Notes under the pieces: generated by a model
The model's database searches: none
Seen by the model: the letters and a program-made list of their open reading frames with translations, nothing else
Told to the model about the DNA's origin: nothing
Origin: an archaeon
GTDB lineage: Archaea; B1Sed10-29; WALL01
Length of the DNA stretch: 64,000 bases
Assembly: GCA_042584585.1 (NCBI GenBank)
Contig: JBHOSQ010000005.1
Span: 7,526 to 71,525 of the forward strand
Direction of reading: 5' to 3'
Made by a program: the position numbers and the translations under genes
In this document: one piece after another, positions 1-9,042 of the stretch
Numbering within the stretch: position 1 is the stretch's first letter
Layout: each line of letters starts with the position of its first letter

Positions 1-183
1 TTTAAGTGCGTAAGGAAGGAATCCCCTGAAGGTGTTCCCATTTACCTCCATAATTGCATCATCATCACAGCCTTCGTAGCCTTTCCCTAAATTATGAATT
101 ACTCTTTTCAGGACCCCCACGAAGTGATTCTTTTCAAATTCCTTGTAGTCCATGTGATTTTCCCCAAATTCTTTGTAATCCAT
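1..183 (-). CDS. hypothetical protein, 5'-partial at window edge (N-terminus MDYKEFGENH/MDYKEFEKNH tandem decapeptide)
   Basis: ATG at 183-181 preceded by an AGGTGA Shine-Dalgarno-like motif 7 nt upstream. Open to the window edge. Lies in ~40% GC DNA, unlike the rest of the window. Absent from the ORF track because no stop codon falls inside the window. Confidence 0.3.
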   Translation of the reverse strand, partial: MDYKEFGENHMDYKEFEKNHFVGVLKRVIHNLGKGYEGCDDDAIMEVNGNTFRGFLPYALK

Positions 184-197
184 ATACTCACCTTTAT

Positions 198-2138
198 CTA
201 AAGTGGTCTTGCCCCAACAACTTCCATGCCATCTGCTTCTAAAACTACCATCATAGGTTTATAGATACCCTTTTTAGTTTTAAAGTAACTAACTTTAACT
301 AGTCTCCCGCCTTGTGCCAAATCAGGCCGGAGCTCGCCTTTTGACGCCGTTTCTATCACCTTAGACTTAAGCACTGATTCACTCCAACCATACCTATCGA
401 AGAAGTCCACCAAGTGTTTTCCAACGATGTGGTACTTGAACGTTCCCTGTTTTAGGTAAACGTCTTTTGTGCCGATATTCATTTTATTGAACTTGCTGCT
501 TCCTGCTTTTGCCGCGGCGTCCATCACTTCAAACGACTTCTTTGCGCCCCAGATTTGCCCGGCAAACTGCGCGGGGTTGTGCCATGCCGTCGTCGCGAGG
601 CCAACAACCAAGTCACTCGCGTAGTACCTGACCTTGTCCGCCGCGTCCTGTTCGAACAAGTTCACGTTCTCGACAATCACGCAGCCCAATGCGTCCCCAG
701 CGTCCGCAACCAGCGACGGAATCGCGCCGCCGAACCCCTGGATGGCTCCACCCGCAAAGCTAGTGGCCGTCCAAAGCTGGTTCGCCGCACTGGTGGTGAG
801 GCTGTTCCATATCCCCTGCACGGGATTCACGTTGGCGTTCAACTGCTTCGCAAGGGTTTGCTGGCCAACGTCAATCGCGTCCTGTTGATAGTCCACACCC
901 GTCAAGTAAGTGCTTGCGTCGGCTCCAGTGTCCACCACGAATTGCCCCGCAGTGCCGAACCAATTCGCCACCCCCCGCGCGAAGTTGCTCGCGGGATTCT
1001 GCTTGGACATCACACGACACCGGTCAGTCGCCGAAAACCCGGCCATGTGCTTCATTTGGTCGTAATATGGCTCGTCACGCATCTTCGAAATCGCGTTTTC
1101 CTTCAAGTCATAAAAACCGCGGGTGACGCGCTCGCACTTGGCTACGCCCCCAACTAATTGGGAAATAGCTTCCGTGTCCATGCGGCTGAACCGCAGGTAA
1201 TTAGAAGGATTAATGTAGTCGTTAAACTCTTTGTTCACAACGCTGCAAGGCGGCCGGATTATGGATTGTTGACCCGAAACCCAAAGGGCGTGGTCTTGCG
1301 TTTCGGCAGAAGACAATGACTCAGCGGCCTCGACTTGTTCGAGGCGCCTCCATAATTCAGTGTCGTCATAGTTCAGCACGGCAACCAAGGCAGAAGCAAC
1401 TCTTCCAGAAAGCGAGTCGCTTATTGAGGCAGAGTCGAAAAGCTCTCCTGCCTCTTGCATAGCAAGGCGCTCCATTTCTTGCTGGTACTCCGCGTTGGCT
1501 GCTGCTGCAGCTTCCTCGTTTTCTTTCATGTGTTGTTCTGCTTTTGCGTTCAGGCCGTGTTGGTAGCTTGTCCATTGTGTTGTTGAAATTGTGTCGCCGC
1601 TTGAGCTTCCGGCGCATTCGCCCCCGAAAAAGTTCCACGAAAGCGGGACGCCCATGCACTTGTATGCGTCGCCGTGGAAGCACCGCAGCCCGCCACTCGG
1701 GGCGCACTGCATTTCCGTGCCTTTGCACGAGCCGTCCTGGAGGAACATCGTGCCTTGCGAAGAGCCAAAGCAGACCCAGCGGACGTTGTTGATGCATTGC
1801 TCTTCACTCGGTGAACACGTTGCGCCGGTCAACGCCAGCGACGCCGGCGCAAAAAAAGTGTTGATGGTGTAAAAGCCGTCGCCGTCAACGGAAAAAGTGC
1901 ACGAGCCGCCGCCAAACACGCCGGTCACACTGCTGCCCGATTGACCCAAACACGAGACGTCTATTGAGGCGCCCTCGTCGCTCCAGACCGCGAGCGTACC
2001 TGCGCCGGGAAAGTCTTTGGTGAAGCAGCCCGGCTCTGTGCCTGTGACACCTGTGCCGGTGAATTGTATGCATTGCGCTGCGGCAACCCCGACAAGAAGC
2101 AGTACTAGCAGTGCCCTCGCGTGATTTCTCCCCCTCAC
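198..2138 (-). CDS. secreted Cys-rich protein of unknown function (646 aa)
   Basis: N-terminal signal peptide ending AAAQC (lipobox-like). About 14 Cys in the first 200 aa, then an Ala/Glu-rich helical middle and an unrecognised C-terminal domain. A TTTAAATA TATA-like element lies ~26 nt upstream of the ATG. Confidence 0.55.
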   Translation of the reverse strand: MRGRNHARALLVLLLVGVAAAQCIQFTGTGVTGTEPGCFTKDFPGAGTLAVWSDEGASIDVSCLGQSGSSVTGVFGGGSCTFSVDGDGFYTINTFFAPASLALTGATCSPSEEQCINNVRWVCFGSSQGTMFLQDGSCKGTEMQCAPSGGLRCFHGDAYKCMGVPLSWNFFGGECAGSSSGDTISTTQWTSYQHGLNAKAEQHMKENEEAAAAANAEYQQEMERLAMQEAGELFDSASISDSLSGRVASALVAVLNYDDTELWRRLEQVEAAESLSSAETQDHALWVSGQQSIIRPPCSVVNKEFNDYINPSNYLRFSRMDTEAISQLVGGVAKCERVTRGFYDLKENAISKMRDEPYYDQMKHMAGFSATDRCRVMSKQNPASNFARGVANWFGTAGQFVVDTGADASTYLTGVDYQQDAIDVGQQTLAKQLNANVNPVQGIWNSLTTSAANQLWTATSFAGGAIQGFGGAIPSLVADAGDALGCVIVENVNLFEQDAADKVRYYASDLVVGLATTAWHNPAQFAGQIWGAKKSFEVMDAAAKAGSSKFNKMNIGTKDVYLKQGTFKYHIVGKHLVDFFDRYGWSESVLKSKVIETASKGELRPDLAQGGRLVKVSYFKTKKGIYKPMMVVLEADGMEVVGARPL

Positions 2139-2199
2139 ACAGTACTAGTGAGTTTTGGTGTATTTAAAACCTGTGCAGAAAACGTTTAAACGTTTTCTG
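2139..2199 (-). terminator. 24-bp perfect palindrome (CAGAAAACGTTTAAACGTTTTCTG) spanning the stop codon, followed by a U-tract and the TATA of the next gene
   Basis: On the minus strand the order is: 12-bp stem hairpin (2176..2199) containing the TAA stop, then GGUUUUAAAU, then the ATG of the 646-aa gene at 2138. Confidence 0.4.
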
Positions 2200-2569
2200 T
2201 GCATTGGTCTTCCCAGCCGTCGTAGTGTCCACCCAGCGCATCACAACAGCTTTCTATGCCCCCATATAAGAGGTTGCAGTTCGCCGGTTCTTTGGAGGCA
2301 TAAACGTCTTCCTTAAGCGCGCTTCTTGCAGCTTCTTCACATCCATAGCGTTTTGAAGAATCATCGATGTCTTTACAAAACGCCGTGCTTTTGTATTGAA
2401 TTGCTTTTTCGAGTTTGCACTCATATGTCTCGCAGAGTTCACCACTTAAGGTTTCTGATTCAGTTCGTTCTTCGATTCCGATGGTTGCGTTTGGACTGCT
2501 AATACAGCCACCAAAAAACAACGTTAGGAGTAATACCCCCATAACTAGATTTTTTGTCCTCTCTCCCAT
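2186..2569 (-). CDS. small secreted Cys-rich (lipo)protein, 127 aa
   Basis: Signal peptide with an FFGGC lipobox-like motif and at least 9 Cys. GGTGA RBS upstream of the ATG. Its stop codon sits inside a 24-bp perfect palindrome. Confidence 0.5.
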   Translation of the reverse strand: MGERTKNLVMGVLLLTLFFGGCISSPNATIGIEERTESETLSGELCETYECKLEKAIQYKSTAFCKDIDDSSKRYGCEEAARSALKEDVYASKEPANCNLLYGGIESCCDALGGHYDGWEDQCTENV

Positions 2570-2626
2570 AAGGTCACCTCACTAAAAATGGGTTAAGGAA
2601 ACTATTTAAAACTTTCATAAAAACGT

Positions 2627-5600
2627 CTAGATATTTGCCACTGGAGCGTCCGCGAATCTAATCTCGTTGTTAGTCAAGTCAATCTCAAGGCCAAAGAACT
2701 GGATGACGTTGTCGTCCTCTTCTTCTTCATCCTCGGGAGTTCCGCTCATCGGCTTGACGCCGAACGACTCGCTGTCTGACTTTGTCTCGTTCGTTGGAGT
2801 GTAAATCATGAAGCCAGTTAGTTGTTGGGTGCTTTCGGAAGAGCACGTAACTTTCCAGCTCATTGAATCGTACCCGGAGTTTCCAGCGATAGGCCCAATG
2901 TGTCTTGGGTTCTGATAAACAGAATCGATAGAACAGTCAGTAGTGAGATTGACTTTGACATCACCGAAGGATACGTTTTCTTCGTTGTAGTTGGTAACGT
3001 ATACTTTAGCCATGAATGGCGTCAGGGTAATCGCGTCCTCTGGCAATATCAAGTCCACCTTGAGGTTCGTGTATATACTCGTTACGTTGACCTGGACTCC
3101 TACTGGAGTGCCGTACATGCTCGTGTTGTCCATTGCGCGGATGTAAAGCGTGCTCACGCCTTCGGGCACGTTCTTGAACTCGTGCTTGTAGCTCGTGCCG
3201 TTATTGGCGCCTGTTACCGCGTCACTCCATTCAACGCCGTCGAACGAGTACTCGAATTCGTCCAAGTCAGCGTCGTCGCTGTGGAACGTCACGTTAACGT
3301 CGTCAATGTCGTACTGCGGCGTGCCAGTCGGCGCCGTGATAAGTGTCGTTGGACCCTGGTTGTTCACATTCGACCAAACCATAGAGACGTTCTCGTTGCC
3401 CGCCCAGTCAACCGCCTTGATGTAAGTGTACCTAACGCCCTCACTCACGTTATAGAACCACGCTGGGCTTCCGCCGGGATCCAGTTCCCACTCGCCGTCA
3501 TCAAGCTTCTGGTAAAACGCCTTCACGTCGCTTGAGCCAGAACTGTAGAGCTCCACCATGGTAGTGGTTCCAGTGTAATTGCTGTTGTTGCCACCACTCA
3601 TGGTCAACCCCGGAGCAACCGTGTCCACTGTGATGTTCACGTTCGCCTCGTCCCCAAGGTTCCCGAGCATGTCATAAGACCGCACGTAAAGCGTGTGGGC
3701 ACCATCCGATAGACTGAACGTGTGCGAGTCGCCGCTCTCGACGCTCCAGCCCCCGCTGTCGGCCTGGACCTCGTAGTAGTCCACGTCTGCCTGGTCGCTG
3801 GCGGAGTACTCAAAAAACCCGCTCGTGACATTTGCACCCTCGTTGGGGTAAGTAATCATAATCGTTGGCCCGCTTTGGTCAATCTCGAAGTCAACCGATA
3901 CCACGTCGCTCCAAAGGACGAAGTCGGTGCACTTCAAGTAAAGCGTGTGCGTTCCCTCAAGCGTTTGGTTGGTTATGGAAGTGACGTTCTGAACGCCGCT
4001 CGTCACGTTGAAGTCGCCGTTCCAAACGCCGGCATCCATTTTGTACTGGCACTTCAGCACGGTCTGCTCCGCGTCCGTTGCAGTGACGTTAATTTCGTCG
4101 ACGAACAAGTGGTACGAATCAACAACTGGCTCGTTTATCACTGCAGTCGGCGGGCTGTTCAGTGCCGACGTGGCGTTTACCCTGACGTGGTCCTCACCGG
4201 TCTCGGTGGAGTCAGACGCCCGTATCCTGAGCGTGCGCACCCCCGAGGGCAAGAGCGTGAAGTTGTAATCGTAATCTGTGTCCGCGCTTATTCCCGTTAT
4301 CCCGGTGTCTTTCCACAAGCCGCCGTCCACGGCGTACTCGAACTTGACGACGTCGTCGTCTGGCGTGGTGAAGTTCACGACCGCCCAGTTGTTCGCAGTA
4401 ACCGTGTCGTTCGCGGGCGAGGTAATGTTAACATCCGGCGCGTGCGAGTCAACGAAAACAGTGACGTTGTCCTCGGCGCCTTTCTTGCCGGCTTCGTCGA
4501 CGTGAAGCACGTGCAGTACGTGCCAGCCCTCTGCCAAGTCCTTGAACGCGGATGGCGACCCATTCGGGTCCTTGCACCACCGCTCGTTCGCGGTGTCGTT
4601 CCAGGTGTTTAGGTAAGGGGTCGGGCAGATTGCGCCGTTGTCCAGCTTGATGAGTGAGTGGTTCACGTCCGTGGCAGTGGTGTTGTAGTACACGCCAATG
4701 TTTGCGTACCCGAAGTGCGTGCTGTTGTCCGGAATGGTTATGAAGATGTCGGGCGGGCCGCTGTCTGGAGTAATTGTTATGTCCGCTGTGGCAGACGCAC
4801 CTGCTAAGTCGTCGTCCTTCACGAGAAGAGACACTTTGAAGGTGCCGGTCAGGTTGAATTTGTGGGTGGTTACCGGGTCGGTCGTGTTCGTGAGCGTGCC
4901 GTCGCCCCACTGCCACTCGTAGAAGGCAATGCTGCCGTCCGAGTCGGTGCTGGCCGAGGCGTTGAACGTGAGTTGGTGCTCTTTTTCACCAGTCAGGGGC
5001 GCGGCAAAGTTCGCGTTCGGTGGAGTGTTGCCGGGCGCGTCCGTGATTGTGACGTAGCTCCAGTCGTTGAAGCACTTGGGCACTTCCACCTTGACGTATT
5101 GGAACGTGGTGTTGTACCCCGGAATGGTGTAGGTGTGGGTCGCCCAAAGCTGGTGGCCGCCGTCGCCCATGCTGGTGTCCAGGCTCTCAAGGCTCTGCAT
5201 CCCCGCCTGCACCCAACTAATGTTGTTGTTTGAAGTGTAAACCGTGACGTTGTCTTTGCAGCTGTGGCTTCCGCCGGACTTGACGTCTACGTTGATGCTG
5301 ACGTTTTGCGTGATGCTGACTTGGAGGTCGTGGACGTGCCACTTCTGGTACCAGTTGCAGCAGTCAACAGTCCCGCAGTGTGAGTCGGCTTGGTTGGGCG
5401 AGTAGCCTATGCCGTTGTTGCAGCCATCGCGCCATAGTGACGTGTACGTCTTCATCGGCTGGGGGCCGCTGCCTACTCCCGTAGTGGGGCTGAATGCCGT
5501 GTAACTCTCGGGGTTGGCCGAGTCAGGCATGTGAATCATGATTTGGGCGATTTTTTCGTCCGTGACGAGCGCGAAGCGCGTTGGAGTGTCGGGGTTGCCG

Positions 5601-6049
5601 ACTCCTTTCTCCGCCACTTTGTGGAAGAATCCGCCTGCCGAAGCGAAGATTTCTACTTTGCTGGTGTCGCCGTGCGGCGTCACCTCGAACTCGAAGCGCG
5701 TGAGGCCGTCGGTCTCGACTTTGAAGATGTGGTTGTTGTCCAGGTTGCCGCATTTCGTGCCGCTGCAGAACACTTCTTCCGCGTCCGACACGTCTGGCCC
5801 TGTATCAATTGGCTCCGGCGTCGGCTCCGGAGTAGCTTCCGGTGTTGGCACTGGCGTTGCTGTTGGCTCGGGAGTGGGTGTTGGTGTCACCTGCTGGATT
5901 TTTACTTGGTTGTTGACCGCGTCAATCTGGATTTGGAGTGTTTGTAGCAGCTGGCTGAAGTCCGGGCCGATGAAAGCAAAGGCTGGGCTTAGTAAAATGA
6001 TAGACATTATCACCGCAACTACGCATCTCCGCATAATTCTCATATGCAA
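2627..6049 (-). CDS. large secreted surface protein with Pro/Thr linker and multiple PKD/Ig-like beta-sandwich repeats (1140 aa)
   Basis: Signal peptide, then TPTPTPEPTATPVPTPEATPEPTPEP linker. An FYEWQWGDGT PKD-type motif and many N-x-T/S sequons. Own TATA (TTTATATA) ~25 nt upstream of the ATG, consistent with a leaderless transcript. Confidence 0.75.
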   Translation of the reverse strand: MHMRIMRRCVVAVIMSIILLSPAFAFIGPDFSQLLQTLQIQIDAVNNQVKIQQVTPTPTPEPTATPVPTPEATPEPTPEPIDTGPDVSDAEEVFCSGTKCGNLDNNHIFKVETDGLTRFEFEVTPHGDTSKVEIFASAGGFFHKVAEKGVGNPDTPTRFALVTDEKIAQIMIHMPDSANPESYTAFSPTTGVGSGPQPMKTYTSLWRDGCNNGIGYSPNQADSHCGTVDCCNWYQKWHVHDLQVSITQNVSINVDVKSGGSHSCKDNVTVYTSNNNISWVQAGMQSLESLDTSMGDGGHQLWATHTYTIPGYNTTFQYVKVEVPKCFNDWSYVTITDAPGNTPPNANFAAPLTGEKEHQLTFNASASTDSDGSIAFYEWQWGDGTLTNTTDPVTTHKFNLTGTFKVSLLVKDDDLAGASATADITITPDSGPPDIFITIPDNSTHFGYANIGVYYNTTATDVNHSLIKLDNGAICPTPYLNTWNDTANERWCKDPNGSPSAFKDLAEGWHVLHVLHVDEAGKKGAEDNVTVFVDSHAPDVNITSPANDTVTANNWAVVNFTTPDDDVVKFEYAVDGGLWKDTGITGISADTDYDYNFTLLPSGVRTLRIRASDSTETGEDHVRVNATSALNSPPTAVINEPVVDSYHLFVDEINVTATDAEQTVLKCQYKMDAGVWNGDFNVTSGVQNVTSITNQTLEGTHTLYLKCTDFVLWSDVVSVDFEIDQSGPTIMITYPNEGANVTSGFFEYSASDQADVDYYEVQADSGGWSVESGDSHTFSLSDGAHTLYVRSYDMLGNLGDEANVNITVDTVAPGLTMSGGNNSNYTGTTTMVELYSSGSSDVKAFYQKLDDGEWELDPGGSPAWFYNVSEGVRYTYIKAVDWAGNENVSMVWSNVNNQGPTTLITAPTGTPQYDIDDVNVTFHSDDADLDEFEYSFDGVEWSDAVTGANNGTSYKHEFKNVPEGVSTLYIRAMDNTSMYGTPVGVQVNVTSIYTNLKVDLILPEDAITLTPFMAKVYVTNYNEENVSFGDVKVNLTTDCSIDSVYQNPRHIGPIAGNSGYDSMSWKVTCSSESTQQLTGFMIYTPTNETKSDSESFGVKPMSGTPEDEEEEDDNVIQFFGLEIDLTNNEIRFADAPVANI

Positions 6050-6126
6050 TAATGTTCTTAATAAGAGAGTATATAAAGCTTACTCTAGACTGGACAATTT
6101 ACCAGTAAAACCGGGTTTTTGCGGCA

Positions 6127-7017
6127 TTATGTAAGGTCTATGTGGGCTGTGAGCGTAGAGCCACTAGCCGGAGAGTGTGTACTGGCTCCTTTCTCGTTGC
6201 ATAGTACTGCCGTACCGCCCCCGGCACTTATTTCTACGAGGTATACGCCGGTATTCGTGCTTATGGCATTCGTTATGCGGGTTGTACTCAAATCAAACTC
6301 TAGTTTATCGTTAGTACCAAGATTTTTACCTGAGCCCTCCGAACTCCATCCAGTAGTGTCAAGCCCAGTAAGGCTGGGAATGAACGTTGTTGAACTATCC
6401 GACGTTACGAAAATGTTTGGAGCTGGATTACTGGTTTGGGATTTCTCAAAGTTCAGGGTGAGAGTTGCCGAGCTTATAGGATTAGTACCTACCTCATTGA
6501 AGTCAAAGAGCAAGTACGCCTTAAGTCCTCCACCAATAATTGTGTCTACACTGCAGACTGGGAATAAACCCGTTTGGGCTTTGTTTTGGTCGTTGTCGCC
6601 GGGATAAAACAGCTCCCACGTCACTTTTTCGGGCGCGCCTTCTCCGTACTGAATCCATCCAGTCTCGGTTTGGAGCCATGCCGTCCGCGACGCAGCGTCG
6701 AACATGAGCGTGTACTGGTCTTGTAGCATGCACGTTTCCACTGCAGCGGTCGAGGGCGCGTCAGTACCCCCCTTCGTCATCTCTCCCGTGTAGTACGTGA
6801 TTGACGATGGGGCAGTCAACGGGTCGTTGCCCAAATACGGGTTGGTGTAGCCCTTCAGGCCAAGGTGGTAGTCCCGGCACTCAATGATGTCGATTTGCAC
6901 GCCCCGCTGCGTCGCCGCAGGCGTCAGCACGGCGTTCAGAATCAACAAAACGCTTGCGATGAACCCCATCACCGCAATTATGATCAATAAGTACTCAACT
7001 GCTCCCTGGCCCTTCAT
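6127..7017 (-). CDS. class III signal peptide (archaeal type IV pilin-like) protein, 296 aa
   Basis: N-terminus MKGQGAVEYLLIIIAVMGFIASVLLIL: a short basic leader, Gly, then Q+1 and Glu followed by a hydrophobic helix. Confidence 0.7.
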   Translation of the reverse strand: MKGQGAVEYLLIIIAVMGFIASVLLILNAVLTPAATQRGVQIDIIECRDYHLGLKGYTNPYLGNDPLTAPSSITYYTGEMTKGGTDAPSTAAVETCMLQDQYTLMFDAASRTAWLQTETGWIQYGEGAPEKVTWELFYPGDNDQNKAQTGLFPVCSVDTIIGGGLKAYLLFDFNEVGTNPISSATLTLNFEKSQTSNPAPNIFVTSDSSTTFIPSLTGLDTTGWSSEGSGKNLGTNDKLEFDLSTTRITNAISTNTGVYLVEISAGGGTAVLCNEKGASTHSPASGSTLTAHIDLT

Positions 7018-7059
7018 AACTGAAAATAAGCACGATAGCTATAAAAACATTCCTTTCGT

Positions 7060-7518
7060 TTGCCTTCAACGATGCGGGGTCAAGTAACCATCGAATACAT
7101 CCTTGTCCTAGTCATAATGCTGGTCATACTCGCAACCGTGTCCATACCAACGATTGAGCAAATCGAGGTCGACGTCACCGACACCGGCAACGCAATCAAC
7201 CTGGCGGCAGTCCAGCAAAGAATCGCGTCAACCGCAAGGGAAATGAGCCTCACGGGATGCGGTTCAACCAAAAACATCACTGTCCACATCCAGCAAGACC
7301 TCTTCACACCACTAACAATCACGTGGGACGGCAACAAAGTCGGGGGCCAACTAAAATTGATGAACGGCACCGACCGCGACCTCAAAGACCTCACGTTCCC
7401 AGACACGATAAAAGTCGAGGCCTCCAACAGCACACAATTCCATTACTGGGACCTTCGCTTCACCAAAGACTGCGGGACGTTCACTTCATCAGGCTGCATA
7501 GGGGACTGCGGCATATGA
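7060..7518 (+). CDS. class III signal peptide pilin-like protein
   Basis: N-terminus MPSTMRGQVTIEYILVLVIMLVILATV. RG|Q cleavage-site-like motif with E at +5. Confidence 0.7.
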   Translation: MPSTMRGQVTIEYILVLVIMLVILATVSIPTIEQIEVDVTDTGNAINLAAVQQRIASTAREMSLTGCGSTKNITVHIQQDLFTPLTITWDGNKVGGQLKLMNGTDRDLKDLTFPDTIKVEASNSTQFHYWDLRFTKDCGTFTSSGCIGDCGI

Positions 7519-7898
7519 AAGGGCAAACCGCGCTCGAAATGGTCCTCCTCGCCGCACTCATAATCGTCGTCGCCGGAATGGTATACGTCTCCTACTCCGG
7601 AGAGTCAGCAGACACCATCGCTGAAACCACCATCCGCACCCAAGCCAACATGATACTCGCCAAAGGCGCACTCACAAACGCCTCCTGCGCCAACGCCCAA
7701 CTAATCTACTTCAACGAAACAACAACCAAACGCCGCTACGAATTAACAATAGTCCCAGACTACTGCGGCCCGTTCCTCTTCACCCAGCCCGCCCGCGACA
7801 ACATCCAGGGAAGAATCAGCGAAGCCCTCGGCTGCCGCTACGAAGACAACGGCACATGCCAAGGCAAGAATTATATAGTCTCGCTCGCAAAGACATAA
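7515..7898 (+). CDS. class III signal peptide pilin-like protein (128 aa)
   Basis: ATG at 7515 overlaps the upstream TGA (ATGA). N-terminus MKGQTALEMVLLAALIIVVAGMV. The ORF track extends it to 7257, but that upstream part lies out of context in GC-rich shadow sequence. Confidence 0.7.
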   Translation: MKGQTALEMVLLAALIIVVAGMVYVSYSGESADTIAETTIRTQANMILAKGALTNASCANAQLIYFNETTTKRRYELTIVPDYCGPFLFTQPARDNIQGRISEALGCRYEDNGTCQGKNYIVSLAKT

Positions 7899-7908
7899 CG
7901 GGGAGAAA

Positions 7909-9042
7909 TTGGAGGGAGAGGCAAAAGCGCTATGCATTGCTGCGGCAGCCATAGGGCTAGCCATCGCGCCGGACGCCTCGCTTGTCCTCGGCTGCCTCGC
8001 CGGAATCGTCACCGGATTAATCCCCGGCCTGCACCCAAACACCTTCCTCCCAATGGCCAGTGGCACTGCATTCATAATCGGCCTCGCCGTCTCCCATTCG
8101 TTCTTCGACTTCCTGCCCGCCATAATGCTCGGCGCACCCGACGAAGCCACCTCACTCTCAGTGCTCCCGGGCCACAAGATGCTGCTCCGAGGAAAAGCGC
8201 TCGAGGCCTTCCGCATCACCATACTCGGCGGGCTCTTTGCCGGAATACTCGCAGCGCTCTTCATCCCGTTCCTCGGGTTCGCAAACCAGCCCATTCTAGT
8301 GCCGATTGTTTTGGTATTCACGCTCGCCACAATGCTCGCCAACGCAAAACACAAGACAAAAACAATTCTGGTGATGATTGCCGCGGCATTCATCGGCCAC
8401 CACGCGCTCGCGGCCAACGCATTGCCTGCCATGCTTGCCGGGTTCTTCGGCACCAGCACAATCATTTTTTCGCTCGCCACCCGGCCGGTGATTCCGCCGC
8501 AGCTCCCGCACGCAAAAGCAAGAATCACCCACCGCGAGGCCGCGTTGGCGGCGGTCGCGGGATGGCTCGCGGGACTTTTTCCCGCGGTCTCGCCGTCAGT
8601 TGCAGCAATGGCTCTTTGCCCAAAGATGAAGCACCGAGAATTCCTCGCGGTGCTCGGCGGAACCAACACGGTTTACGCAATCGCCGCAATACTTGCAATT
8701 AACATTGTCGGCAGGCCGCGGAGCGGAGCCGCCATTGCGGTGGGGCGCCAAGACTTTTTGTTCGTCGCCGGCTCGGCGCTCGCGGCAATCGGGATTTCGG
8801 CGTGGCTCGCGTGGCACTTGTCAAAACCCTTGGTGCAGTGGTTCAACAAAGTCAACCACCGCGCGGCGTCGGGAATTGCGCTGATAATCGTTGTTGGGAT
8901 TGCGGGGCTGGGCGGCACGACCGCACTGGCCTTTCTCGCTGTTTCCACACTGGTTGGCCTGGTGTGCCTCGCGTGGGGAGTGAGGCGCAGCACGTGCATG
9001 GCAAGCCTTTTAATCCCGGTCCTGCTTTACTACTTATTGTGA
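7909..9042 (+). CDS. polytopic membrane protein, DUF112/TctA-like (377 aa)
   Basis: About 10 predicted TM helices. Motif GIVTGLIPGLHP fits the G-x3-G-x2-P-G-x-G-P TctA/DUF112 signature, and a second internally duplicated half is present. See the finding on its alternative reading as an aspartyl peptidase. Confidence 0.5.
   Translation: MEGEAKALCIAAAAIGLAIAPDASLVLGCLAGIVTGLIPGLHPNTFLPMASGTAFIIGLAVSHSFFDFLPAIMLGAPDEATSLSVLPGHKMLLRGKALEAFRITILGGLFAGILAALFIPFLGFANQPILVPIVLVFTLATMLANAKHKTKTILVMIAAAFIGHHALAANALPAMLAGFFGTSTIIFSLATRPVIPPQLPHAKARITHREAALAAVAGWLAGLFPAVSPSVAAMALCPKMKHREFLAVLGGTNTVYAIAAILAINIVGRPRSGAAIAVGRQDFLFVAGSALAAIGISAWLAWHLSKPLVQWFNKVNHRAASGIALIIVVGIAGLGGTTALAFLAVSTLVGLVCLAWGVRRSTCMASLLIPVLLYYLL

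Noticed and set aside
54-242. Plus-strand ORF MHHHHSLRSLSL... at the window start.
   Set aside because: Low-complexity translation with no RBS. The minus-strand ORF in the same DNA has a good SD and a repeated decapeptide, so I preferred it.
3722-4612. Long antisense or alternate-frame ORFs inside real genes. Examples: 3722..4612 (+), 4449..4916 (-), 7743..8669 (-), 7932..8702 (+), 21656..23107 (-), 24295..25023 (-), 31910..32863 (-), 43596..44387 (-), 51031..51876 (+), 55378..56151 (+), 62449..63381 (+) and many 60-200 aa ORFs.
   Set aside because: Their translations are Arg/Pro/Ala-rich low-complexity sequence, typical of shadow ORFs in 60%-GC DNA. Each overlaps a gene that has clear family motifs on the other strand or frame.
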